A stretch of 64,000 nucleotides of DNA from Patescibacteria group bacterium (GTDB lineage Bacteria > Patescibacteriota > Minisyncoccia > Phycocordibacterales > UBA9973), in the NCBI GenBank assembly GCA_038063915.1, contig JBBTUE010000001.1:107905-171904 (forward strand), read 5' to 3'. The notes beneath the pieces are model-generated. The model saw only the letters and a program-made list of their open reading frames with translations. It had not been told where the DNA came from and did not search any database. This document shows positions 25,727 through 34,985 of the stretch, one piece after another; position 1 is the stretch's first letter, and the number at the start of each line of letters is the position of its first letter. The position numbers and the translations under genes were made by a program.

Positions 25727-27484
25727 ATGCACGTTGATGAGAAAACAATTATAGATCTCCTAAATAACTCCGGCCTTGTTTCGAAGACTGATGTGGCTAT
25801 GGCTCAAAAGAAAGCCAAAGAGACCAACCAATCTATTGGTGGGGTACTTGTGAGCGACGGTAAGTTGACTGAGAAAGATTGGAATAGCATGCAAGCAGTA
25901 TCGCTTGGCATTCCTTTTGTGAGCTTAAAAGGGGAGAAAATAGAGCCAAGTGTTCTCTCTATGATTCCAGAGCCAATTGCTCGCAATAATAATATTATTG
26001 CATATAAGAAAACTAAAGCTGGGCTAGAAGTGGCGATGCTAGATGTGGACAATCTTTCTGTTATCGACTTTATTAAGAAAAAAGTAGGGCTCAAAATTCT
26101 TCCCCGCATGACGAGTTCAGATTCTATCAAAGAAGCCCTCACTCAATACAAGAAAAGTCTGCAAGCTGACTTTGAAGATATTATCAAAAAAGAAAGTGCT
26201 TCTATTAAAGCTGTATCTGAAGATGGAAAACCTGGCGAAGAAAAATCCGAGAAAGAATTAAAGGAATTAGCTGAAGATTTACCAATAGTTAAAATTGTGG
26301 ATACTCTTATTTCCCACGCTATTCTCCAAGGATCATCTGATATACATATCGAGCCTGGCGAAGCTTCTCTTGTCGTGCGCTATCGTATCGACGGTATATT
26401 ACATGACGCTATGGTCTTACCCAAAGACACAGCTCCAGGAATCGTCGCTCGTATTAAAGTATTATCTAATCTGAAACTTGATGAGAAACGTCTTCCCCAA
26501 GACGGGCGATTTAAAATTGTGAGTGACGACGGCAATGTATCTTTTCGTGTATCGACGCTACCGACATATTTTGGAGAGAAGACAGTTATACGTATACTGC
26601 GTGAGAACTCAAAAGGATTTTCACTAGAGACTCTTGGTTTCCACGGTGAAGCGCTTGAGCGTATTCACGAAGGAATGAAACAGCGCAATGGAATGCTTCT
26701 TTGTGCTGGTCCTACAGGTTCAGGTAAAACTACAACTCTCTATACAATGCTCGATTTACTTAATACTCCAGAAGTTAATATTTCGACAGTTGAGGATCCA
26801 ATCGAGTATCAAATGGCACGCATAAATCAGACTCAAACTAAAGCGGAAATAGGCCTCACTTTTGCCAATGGTCTGCGTACACTTCTTCGTCAAGACCCAG
26901 ATATTATCATGGTGGGGGAAATCCGTGATGGTGAAACTGCTTCACTTGCGGTCAATGCCTCCCTAACAGGTCACTTGGTTCTATCGACTATCCATACGAA
27001 TTCGGCTGCAGGTGCTATCCCTCGTATGATCGACATGGGAGTCGAACCTTTCCTTATAGTTTCCACGGTTCGTAATGTTATTGCCCAGCGCTTAGTTCGA
27101 GTTCTTGATACTAGTAAAGAGAAGTATTTCCTAAGTGACGCCGAGAAAAAATCTCTAGAGAAAGTTATAGATATGAATCGTATGCTTGAAATTCTTAAAA
27201 AAGAGAAAGTTGTACCTACAGATGCGACGTGGGAGACTATTCCTCTCTATAAACCTAAACCAAGCGAAGAGTCCGAAAGTGGATACAAGGGTCGCTTGGG
27301 AATACATGAAGTTATGAAAATCACCCAGACTATCAAAGAGCTCATTTTAAAAGGTGCCTCCGCTGATGAAATTGAAAAAAGGGCTAAAGTAGAAGGAATG
27401 ATGACAATGCTCGAAGACGGTATTTTCCTTGCGGTCCAAGGGCGAACTTCAACAGAAGAAGTTCTCCGTGTAGTCTCAGAGTAA
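25727..27484 (+). CDS. pilB: type IV pilus assembly / type II secretion ATPase (PilB/GspE family)
   Basis: GspII_E N-domain, Walker A LLCAGPTGSGKTTTLY, Asp box, Walker B, His box; Zn-binding region. Confidence 0.85.
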   Translation: MHVDEKTIIDLLNNSGLVSKTDVAMAQKKAKETNQSIGGVLVSDGKLTEKDWNSMQAVSLGIPFVSLKGEKIEPSVLSMIPEPIARNNNIIAYKKTKAGLEVAMLDVDNLSVIDFIKKKVGLKILPRMTSSDSIKEALTQYKKSLQADFEDIIKKESASIKAVSEDGKPGEEKSEKELKELAEDLPIVKIVDTLISHAILQGSSDIHIEPGEASLVVRYRIDGILHDAMVLPKDTAPGIVARIKVLSNLKLDEKRLPQDGRFKIVSDDGNVSFRVSTLPTYFGEKTVIRILRENSKGFSLETLGFHGEALERIHEGMKQRNGMLLCAGPTGSGKTTTLYTMLDLLNTPEVNISTVEDPIEYQMARINQTQTKAEIGLTFANGLRTLLRQDPDIIMVGEIRDGETASLAVNASLTGHLVLSTIHTNSAAGAIPRMIDMGVEPFLIVSTVRNVIAQRLVRVLDTSKEKYFLSDAEKKSLEKVIDMNRMLEILKKEKVVPTDATWETIPLYKPKPSEESESGYKGRLGIHEVMKITQTIKELILKGASADEIEKRAKVEGMMTMLEDGIFLAVQGRTSTEEVLRVVSE

Positions 27485-27488
27485 TAAG

Positions 27489-28703
27489 ATGAAATTTAAA
27501 TACAAAGCACAAAATAAAGCAGGTGGTGTTATCGAAGGAGTAAAAGAAGCACCTGATAAATTTGCACTTGCACGTGAAATAAGGGAAGAGGGTAATGTAC
27601 CTCTTTCAATTGAGGAGTCCAAAGAAAAATCCATTGGAAAATTTCTACAGTTTAATTTGTTCAGTGGGGTTTCACTATCAACAAAGATAACTTTTACAAA
27701 TAATTTAAGCGGGATGTTATCTGCAGGTCTATCACTAACTCGAGCACTTTCAATTTTCGAAAAGCAAACCAAAAATGTCACCTTTAAAAAAACTCTAACG
27801 AGCTTAGTTGAAGACGTAAATAGTGGTAATACTCTCTCAGACGCTATGAAGAAATTCCCAAAGATTTTTTCACCACTTTTTGTTTCAATGGTTCGCTCTG
27901 GAGAAGAGTCAGGTGGCCTACCAAAGGCACTTTCAGAAGTTGGTATAAATCTAAAGAAATCTTATGATTTAAAGAAAAAAATCAAAGGTGCACTAATGTA
28001 TCCGAGTATAATATTGTGCGCTATTTTCCTCATTGGTGTGCTCATGATGATTTATGTTGTTCCGACTCTCACTAAAACTTTTAAAGATCTAGGTGGTGAT
28101 TTACCAAGCTCTACTAAATTTATAATTTGGCTCTCTGACACTATTAGTCAGCATACACTACTGTTTTTAACAGTGACTTTTCTAATTGTTGGGTCATTTG
28201 TACTTTTTGCAAAATCAAAAGTGACGAAAAAATATTTTGATTACATTATTTTAAGAATTCCAGTTATAGGTAACCTTACCCGAGAAGTAAATACTGCCAG
28301 AACAGCTCGTACGCTCTCATCGCTACTTACCTCAGGGGTTGATATGTCTAGGGCACTTTCCATAACTGAGGATGTCTTACAGAATATGTATTACAAGAGA
28401 TTAGTTCACGAATCAATTATATCTATAGAGAAAGGCGGAGTGCTATCTGCCTCATTCAAAGGAGCGACGCATCTCTATCCTATGATGATGGGTGAGATGA
28501 TAGAAGTCGGCGAAGAGACTGGGAATTTATCCAAGATGTTGCTAGATATTGCCAATTTTTATGAATCAGAGGTTGATAATAAAACCAAAGATCTCTCCGT
28601 TATTGTTGAGCCTATACTCATGGTCTTTATTGGTGGCGCAGTCGGGTTCTTTGCTGTATCGATGATCACACCTATGTATTCGGTTATGAGTAATATTAAA
28701 TAA
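27489..28703 (+). CDS. pilC: type IV pilus / T2SS inner-membrane platform protein (PilC/GspF family)
   Basis: Two GspF repeats, 3 TM helices, immediately downstream of pilB. Confidence 0.85.
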   Translation: MKFKYKAQNKAGGVIEGVKEAPDKFALAREIREEGNVPLSIEESKEKSIGKFLQFNLFSGVSLSTKITFTNNLSGMLSAGLSLTRALSIFEKQTKNVTFKKTLTSLVEDVNSGNTLSDAMKKFPKIFSPLFVSMVRSGEESGGLPKALSEVGINLKKSYDLKKKIKGALMYPSIILCAIFLIGVLMMIYVVPTLTKTFKDLGGDLPSSTKFIIWLSDTISQHTLLFLTVTFLIVGSFVLFAKSKVTKKYFDYIILRIPVIGNLTREVNTARTARTLSSLLTSGVDMSRALSITEDVLQNMYYKRLVHESIISIEKGGVLSASFKGATHLYPMMMGEMIEVGEETGNLSKMLLDIANFYESEVDNKTKDLSVIVEPILMVFIGGAVGFFAVSMITPMYSVMSNIK

Positions 28704-28707
28704 AGTT

Positions 28708-29184
28708 ATGTATATACAAAAAAATGGAGGAGTAAGTTTAATAGAAATAGTTATAGCAATTAGTATTATTGCTCTAATATCCGTAGTCGTAATACTAAAT
28801 CTATCAAAATTTAGAGATGAGCGAACACTAGATAATATGACTCAAGACGTTATTTCAGTGCTAAATAAAGCAAAAAGTGATACTATTTCGTCGTTAAATT
28901 CTAATTCATACGGAGTCCATTTCCAGACAGATAAAGTTGTATACTTTGTTGGAACTACTTATAATTCATCTGATGCTGGTAATATTGTTACAAATCTTGA
29001 TTCGAGTGTCACTATCCCTGTAAGCGGTGGGATAAATTTAAATGGCGGAGGTAGTGATGTGACATTTACAAGACTCACAGGGGATACAACAAAATATGGT
29101 ACAATTATAATACGCCTGACATCTGATGCTACTCGTCAAAAAACCGTCACTATTAGTCAAACTGGTGTTATAAGTTCAAATTAG
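28708..29184 (+). CDS. prepilin-type (type IV pilin/pseudopilin) protein
   Basis: N-terminal KNGGVSLIEIVIAISIIALISVVV class III signal/methylation motif (G-x-x-x-x-E). Confidence 0.6.
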   Translation: MYIQKNGGVSLIEIVIAISIIALISVVVILNLSKFRDERTLDNMTQDVISVLNKAKSDTISSLNSNSYGVHFQTDKVVYFVGTTYNSSDAGNIVTNLDSSVTIPVSGGINLNGGGSDVTFTRLTGDTTKYGTIIIRLTSDATRQKTVTISQTGVISSN

Positions 29185-29703
29185 ATGCAAATCTTTTCTA
29201 AACAAAAAAACATAGGACTTCCAATAAATAAACAGGCTGGATTTAGTCTAGTAGAAGTTTTAATTGCAAGCTTAATTATTTCTGCGTCAATTTTCGCCTT
29301 GGTATCTGCTTCAACCCAAGGTATTCAACTCTCAAGAGAGGCATTACAACAAACTCAAGCCAGCTTTATTTTAGAGGAAGGTGCTGAAGCAGTAAAATCT
29401 ATTCGCGATGCTGCTTGGACCAACATCTCAGGTCTCACGCTCGGCAGTGACTATTATATAGCTTATAATACTGGCACAAATACATGGGGTCTTACCGCTA
29501 CCAATCCAGGATCCATAGATTCACTCTTTACTCGTACAATCCAATTTGGAGCAGTCAGTCGCGATGGCAATGATGATATAGCTTCTTCGGGCACGACAGA
29601 TGTGCGTACCAAAAAAGTCACTATTACTGTCACATGGCCACGCTCAGATCAAACGACGTCTACTAGGGATTTAAGTTTTTATATAAGCGACATTTTTAAT
29701 TAA
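29185..29703 (+). CDS. prepilin-type minor pilin/pseudopilin
   Basis: N-terminal QAGFSLVEVLIASLIISASIFAL prepilin motif. Confidence 0.6.
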   Translation: MQIFSKQKNIGLPINKQAGFSLVEVLIASLIISASIFALVSASTQGIQLSREALQQTQASFILEEGAEAVKSIRDAAWTNISGLTLGSDYYIAYNTGTNTWGLTATNPGSIDSLFTRTIQFGAVSRDGNDDIASSGTTDVRTKKVTITVTWPRSDQTTSTRDLSFYISDIFN

Positions 29704-30216
29704 ATGAATAAAAAATACAAAAGTGGATATAGTATTGCCGAGATAATAGTCTATTTGGCTGTATTCACTCTTTTATCAATCACAGTTATTAATTCATTTA
29801 TTGTTGTCTTAGGGTCTTATAATAACACACGCACTAATCGTGATCTATTAGAGTCTGGATCAGCAGTAATAGAGCGAGTTTCAAGAGAAATCCGTCAGGC
29901 CAAAAATATTGATGTAGTTAATAGCACACTTGCATCGAGTCCCGGAGTCCTGCAATTAAATAGTACTACTTCAGGTGGAACTGCTATGGTTATAAAGTTT
30001 AGTGTTACTAGTGGAGCACTTAATTTATATCAAGATGGAACTTTGATTGGTAATCTTCTAGGCCAAAATGTCTCTGCGACAGCGTTAATCTTTAGACGTA
30101 TCGTCACAACCAACGGAGAAGCTGTTAAAATTGAATTGACATTACAAGACACAAGAAGTAAGACAAGTCTGTCTGCAAATTTTTACGATACCATAATCCT
30201 CCGAGGAGCATATTAA
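29704..30216 (+). CDS. prepilin-type minor pilin/pseudopilin
   Basis: N-terminal SGYSIAEIIVYLAVFTLL prepilin-like motif. Confidence 0.55.
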   Translation: MNKKYKSGYSIAEIIVYLAVFTLLSITVINSFIVVLGSYNNTRTNRDLLESGSAVIERVSREIRQAKNIDVVNSTLASSPGVLQLNSTTSGGTAMVIKFSVTSGALNLYQDGTLIGNLLGQNVSATALIFRRIVTTNGEAVKIELTLQDTRSKTSLSANFYDTIILRGAY

Positions 30217-30219
30217 TAT

Positions 30220-31956
30220 ATGAAAATAAATACTAATTTTCCAAGAACAAATAGCGGTGCGGCAATGATGATTGTCGTCTTATTCTTTGTATTTATTAGT
30301 CTGACTATTCTCGTTGGCATTATCGCACCATCTGTTCGCGAGTTTAAAATAGCAGGCACAACATTTAACTCTAAAAACGCATATTTTCTAGCGGAATCTG
30401 GAGTAGAAGATGCATTATATAGAATAAGAAACAATAAGCAAATCAGCGCCAGTGAGATAATAGTATTAGGGACTTCAAGTACCACCACCACTATCACCGA
30501 TATTTCAAGTAGCCAAAAACAAATTGTCTCACTCGGTGATAAAAGTTCTAATGAAAGGAAAGTAGATGTCACTGTGACGACCGGTGTGGGTGTATCATTT
30601 AGTTACGGAGTCCAAGCTGGCAAGGGTGGGTATAGTATGGGTAATAATTCAAGTGTTATTGGAAGTGTCTACTCGAACGGGCCAATAACAGGCTCTGGTT
30701 CAATCACTGGTAGCGCGACTTCGGCGAATTCCGGAACTCTTACACCAGATCAATCCAATGGGTCCGGAACACCGGCTTATGATGTATCTTTTGGTAATGC
30801 AAATGGCACACAAGATTTCGCTCAGAGTTTTCAAGTGAGTACAGATGAAGTTGCAAACAAAGTTCAGCTTTATATAAAAAAAGTTGGTAGTCCGTCAAAC
30901 TTAACTGTGAGAGTAGTGAATAACTCAAGCGGAAGTCCATCTACAACAGTTAAAACTTCTGGTACACTTTCTGCCTCACTCGTATCTACAAACTATGGCT
31001 GGGTAGATGTAGTATTTTCTACAAACCCACAACTCGACGCTGGTACTACCTACTGGATAGTATTAGATGCAGCTACTTCTACTTCAAATTATTATAAGAT
31101 TGGTGCAAATGATAATGGCTATGCAAATGGTGCAAGCAAGATAGGTCAGTATAGTGGCACATGGAATAACAATAGCCCTTCCACTCTCGATGGTTTCTTT
31201 AGTCTGTACATTGGAGGGATCACTGGACTTATAAGTGGTATCACCATAGGTACAGGCTCTGTCGGTAATGCCTATTCTCATACAACAAATAATTCTACCA
31301 TCAGAGGTACAAATTACTGCCAGACAGGTACTGGCAACAATAAGGCTTGCAATACTACCCTTGCTGATCCAGTTGAAGTTACTATGCCTATATCTGATCA
31401 AAATATTCAAGACTGGAAAGACGCTGCTGTTGCTGGAGGGACGTATACAGGTACCTATACTGTTTCTGGCTCTACTGCTACCCTAGGCCCCAAAAAGATT
31501 ACTGGTGATTTGGTTGTTGATAATAATGGTACCCTCATTGTCAGTGGAACTCTTTGGGTGCAAGGCAATCTTGATGTGAATAATAACGGACTTGTCAAAC
31601 TTGTATCAGGCTATGGAAGCTCTGAGGGGGTCATAATTGTTGATGGTACTGTCGATGCTAGTAATAACGCTAATTTCCAAGGTTCTGGTACATCAGGCAG
31701 TTATATGATGGTACTCTCTACATCTACGTCAGCAAGTGCTATAAAGGTAGGTAATAACGTCGGTGCTGTTATCTTATATGCTGCGAATGGAACCATTGAT
31801 ATAAATAATAATGGTGCTGCCAAGTCACTCAATGGCTATCTAATAAAATTAGGTAATAATGTCACAATTACCTATGATAGTGGGCTTGCGAATGCAAATT
31901 TCTCAAGTGGTCCGTCTGGGTCTTATAATATCTCAAGTTGGAAAGAAACCCAATAA
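30220..31956 (+). CDS. large pilus-associated protein with N-terminal TM/prepilin-like helix (PilX-like)
   Basis: 578 aa; N-terminal SGAAMMIVVLFFVFISLTILVGII hydrophobic helix; Gly/Ser/Thr/Asn-rich beta-type body; last gene of pilus operon. Confidence 0.45.
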   Translation: MKINTNFPRTNSGAAMMIVVLFFVFISLTILVGIIAPSVREFKIAGTTFNSKNAYFLAESGVEDALYRIRNNKQISASEIIVLGTSSTTTTITDISSSQKQIVSLGDKSSNERKVDVTVTTGVGVSFSYGVQAGKGGYSMGNNSSVIGSVYSNGPITGSGSITGSATSANSGTLTPDQSNGSGTPAYDVSFGNANGTQDFAQSFQVSTDEVANKVQLYIKKVGSPSNLTVRVVNNSSGSPSTTVKTSGTLSASLVSTNYGWVDVVFSTNPQLDAGTTYWIVLDAATSTSNYYKIGANDNGYANGASKIGQYSGTWNNNSPSTLDGFFSLYIGGITGLISGITIGTGSVGNAYSHTTNNSTIRGTNYCQTGTGNNKACNTTLADPVEVTMPISDQNIQDWKDAAVAGGTYTGTYTVSGSTATLGPKKITGDLVVDNNGTLIVSGTLWVQGNLDVNNNGLVKLVSGYGSSEGVIIVDGTVDASNNANFQGSGTSGSYMMVLSTSTSASAIKVGNNVGAVILYAANGTIDINNNGAAKSLNGYLIKLGNNVTITYDSGLANANFSSGPSGSYNISSWKETQ

Positions 31957-31982
31957 TACAAGGTCTATGGTATAATAGGCTT

Positions 31983-32747
31983 ATGTCGAGGAAGCTCATT
32001 GTTGGTAACTGGAAAATGAATCCGCAATCGTTTAAAGATGCGGAAGTTCTTTTTAAGGGCGTCAGCCAAGCCGTAAAAGATGTAAAAGGTACTGACATCG
32101 TTATATGTCCACCGTCCCTATTCTTATCTATAGCTCGTAAATTCAAGAATAAAAAAATTGCACTAGGGGCCCAAGATGTGTTCTATGAACAAAGTGGGGC
32201 ATATACAGGTGAGATATCGACGTCTATGCTACGTGACCTCGGAGTGAGATATGTTATTGTCGGGCACTCAGAGCGCAGATCTCTTGGTGAGACGGATAGT
32301 ATTGCAAATAAAAAATTACTTGCAATACTGAAAGCGAAACTCACTCCTATACTATGTGTCGGGGAATGGGCTCGTAGTCACGATGGCTCCTACTTGCAAG
32401 TTGTAAAAGAACAACTCCTTTCATGCCTTGGTGGAGTTCCTAAAAACCAAATTAAAAATATTGTGATTGCATATGAGCCAGTCTGGGCTCTATCGTCCAC
32501 AGCCAATCGTTATGATGCTACTCCTCATGATTTTGAAGAGATGAAGATATACATTCGTAAAACTCTCACCGATATGTTTGGTTCAAGTACAGCCCTTTCT
32601 GTGCGGATTCTTTATGGTGGATCTGCAAATAAAGACAACGCAGAGTCGTTTCTAAAGGCTGGCGCGGATGGTCTACTTCCAGGGAAAGCCAGCCTTGATC
32701 CGCAGAATTTTGGAGCTATTGTCAAAATCGCGAGTAAAATAAAATGA
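31983..32747 (+). CDS. tpiA: triosephosphate isomerase
   Basis: LIVGNWKMNPQ, VGHSERR, YEPVWA motifs. Start moved to ATG ~31983 (MSRKLIVGNWKMN) because the track start 31938 overlaps the upstream gene and adds a non-conserved extension. Confidence 0.85.
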   Translation: MSRKLIVGNWKMNPQSFKDAEVLFKGVSQAVKDVKGTDIVICPPSLFLSIARKFKNKKIALGAQDVFYEQSGAYTGEISTSMLRDLGVRYVIVGHSERRSLGETDSIANKKLLAILKAKLTPILCVGEWARSHDGSYLQVVKEQLLSCLGGVPKNQIKNIVIAYEPVWALSSTANRYDATPHDFEEMKIYIRKTLTDMFGSSTALSVRILYGGSANKDNAESFLKAGADGLLPGKASLDPQNFGAIVKIASKIK

Positions 32748-33865
32748 AATCAATAAAAGACATTGAGAATTTGTCAGGTAAGCGTGTGCTCGTACGTGTA
32801 GATTTTAATTTGCCGACTAAAGACGGAAAGCTCCTAGAAGACTTCCGTATTAGAAAAGCACTTCCAACAATAGAGTATTTAAATAAAAAAGGTGCCATAG
32901 TGATATTGATTACTCACATAGGCGAAGATGGGAAGGAGAGTCTAAAGTTGGTAGCCGCCAGACTCAAAAAATACCTTCCAAAAATCAACTTTGTTACAAC
33001 CCCTATATTTTCAGATGAGACAGAAAATATACTCAAAAAAGCCAAGAAGAAAGATATAATATTGCTCGAGAACCTTCGTCGCGAAACAGGAGAGAAGAAT
33101 AATTCTCCTTCCTTTGCTCGAGCGCTATCACGCTATGGTGATGTATATGTCAACGACGCTTTCTCCGTATCACACAGGCCTCACGCTTCTATTATTGGTA
33201 TTACTAAGTATCTGGATGGTTATGCCGGATTTCAACTAGAGGAGGAAATTAAGAGTCTTTCGGTAGCATTTAATCCATCACATCCATTTCTTTTCATACT
33301 AGGTGGAGCCAAGTTTGACACCAAAATGCCACTTATCAAGAAATTCCTGCGAGATGCAGACAAAGTCCTTATCTCCGGTGCGCTCTCCAACGATTTCTTT
33401 AAAGCCAAGGGGTATGAAGTTGGCACCTCGCTAGTTGAAGATAAAAACTATGAAATTCCGTCACTACTTAAACATAAAAATTTGCTTTTGCCACTGGATC
33501 TTGAAGTAGCAAAAGGTTCGAAAGTTCGTTTTACTAAACCTGACGGCGTTCTTCCGGATGAAAATATCGTCGATGTAGGACCACAAACAGTAGAATTGCT
33601 CAGAGATTTAATAACAAAATCCAAATTCATACTCTGGAATGGGCCACTCGGTAAATACGAGAATGGTTTTGGTGGTGCAACCGAGAAAGTTTTAAAAATT
33701 ATTTCTAAATCAAAAAGTCAAAGTATTATCGGTGGGGGAGATACAGTGGTACTAATATCCAAACTAAAACTAGAGGACAAGCTAGGCTTTGTTTCGACCG
33801 GCGGCGGCGCAACCCTCGATTTTCTCGTGAAAGGCACACTACCAGGAATTAAAGTATTAAAATAG
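32744..33865 (+). CDS. pgk: phosphoglycerate kinase
   Basis: LVRVDFNLP N-terminus, hinge and nucleotide-binding motifs (GGGATLDFL), overlaps tpiA stop. Confidence 0.9.
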   Translation: MKSIKDIENLSGKRVLVRVDFNLPTKDGKLLEDFRIRKALPTIEYLNKKGAIVILITHIGEDGKESLKLVAARLKKYLPKINFVTTPIFSDETENILKKAKKKDIILLENLRRETGEKNNSPSFARALSRYGDVYVNDAFSVSHRPHASIIGITKYLDGYAGFQLEEEIKSLSVAFNPSHPFLFILGGAKFDTKMPLIKKFLRDADKVLISGALSNDFFKAKGYEVGTSLVEDKNYEIPSLLKHKNLLLPLDLEVAKGSKVRFTKPDGVLPDENIVDVGPQTVELLRDLITKSKFILWNGPLGKYENGFGGATEKVLKIISKSKSQSIIGGGDTVVLISKLKLEDKLGFVSTGGGATLDFLVKGTLPGIKVLK

Positions 33866-33874
33866 AATGATATA

Positions 33875-34402
33875 ATGATAAGTATGAACGAAGAAAACAA
33901 GTTACATTTTATATTAACAGGAGGCACTATCGACTCATATTATGATGGTACAATAGATACAGCTGTCCCGAATGAACACTCAGGAATTCCTAAATTTATT
34001 AAAATTCTAAAACTCTATGAAGAATGCGAATTTTCAGAAATATGCATGAAGGATAGTAGAAATTTGACCAATGAAGATAGAGAAAATATTTGTAAAACCG
34101 TAAGTAACAGTAAAGCAAAACGGATAATAATTACACACGGAACTTATACCTTACCTGATAGTGCAAGGTATCTTCAGGCCAACATCAAGGACCACAACAA
34201 GGTTATTATATTTGCTTGCTCTATGATTCCGCTTGAGGGTTTCGTTCCAACCGACGCTGGATTTAATCTCGGGTATGCTGTGGCAAAGTCTCAAGACCTA
34301 AAAGAGGGAATATATGTTTGTATGAACGGAAGAATCTTTAGTCCTGAAGAAGTGGTAAAAATATTATCCGAAGGCAGATTTGGATCTATATATACTAAAT
34401 AG
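33875..34402 (+). CDS. L-asparaginase N-terminal-domain-like protein (single domain)
   Basis: ILTGGTIDS (cf. TGGTIAG) and IIITHGTYT (cf. HGTDT) catalytic-threonine motifs, but only ~175 aa (C-domain absent). Confidence 0.45.
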   Translation: MISMNEENKLHFILTGGTIDSYYDGTIDTAVPNEHSGIPKFIKILKLYEECEFSEICMKDSRNLTNEDRENICKTVSNSKAKRIIITHGTYTLPDSARYLQANIKDHNKVIIFACSMIPLEGFVPTDAGFNLGYAVAKSQDLKEGIYVCMNGRIFSPEEVVKILSEGRFGSIYTK

Positions 34403-34409
34403 CAACAAA

Positions 34410-34955
34410 ATGAAACTATATAGATTTAGTCCAATAGAAACAAAAGAGCAACTGATTGAGGCTGTAAAACATACTCATTTTGCATGTTTTGAGCTATGTA
34501 AAAAGGCTTTTGGTAATTATCTTCCAGTAGCAGGAAATATGGGAGTATTCTGTCATTACGATGATGAATATAAATTTCTCATAAAACTTCGTGAGGAACT
34601 AACGGAATCAACTGACAATTTAAACCAAAAATACTTTCGTTTACATAATCCAATAATTATTCCTACTAAAGATGATATACCTGAAACAATATATACTTAT
34701 CTTTATATTCGCAGACCAGATCAGTATAGGGCTCAAGTAGGGGATGTTGATTTTGTTATTAATGATGAGGAATACACGATACTTAAAAAAACCTTGTTAG
34801 AAGATTCAAAAATAAATGGGGCTAAAGTTTTTGACCGCCCCGATTTAGATATGATCGAGTTATCAGATCCCGATATCGATACTCTTGCCTATGTGAGTAC
34901 AAAAGCAATGACCGAAAAAGTGAGAGTAAAACAATCAGAAATTACAAAACTGTAA
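34410..34955 (+). CDS. hypothetical protein
   Basis: ORF with no recognisable motifs; start placed at ATG ~34410 (MKLYRFSP) to avoid overlap with upstream gene (track start 34380). Confidence 0.4.
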   Translation: MKLYRFSPIETKEQLIEAVKHTHFACFELCKKAFGNYLPVAGNMGVFCHYDDEYKFLIKLREELTESTDNLNQKYFRLHNPIIIPTKDDIPETIYTYLYIRRPDQYRAQVGDVDFVINDEEYTILKKTLLEDSKINGAKVFDRPDLDMIELSDPDIDTLAYVSTKAMTEKVRVKQSEITKL

Positions 34956-34985
34956 GACGAGTAGTATTCGTGTTACAATCATAAA

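Noticed and set aside
31938-31982. Track start of tpiA at 31938
   Set aside because: It overlaps the upstream pilus gene and adds a non-conserved 15 aa extension; ATG ~31983 gives the canonical MSRKLIVGNWKMN start.
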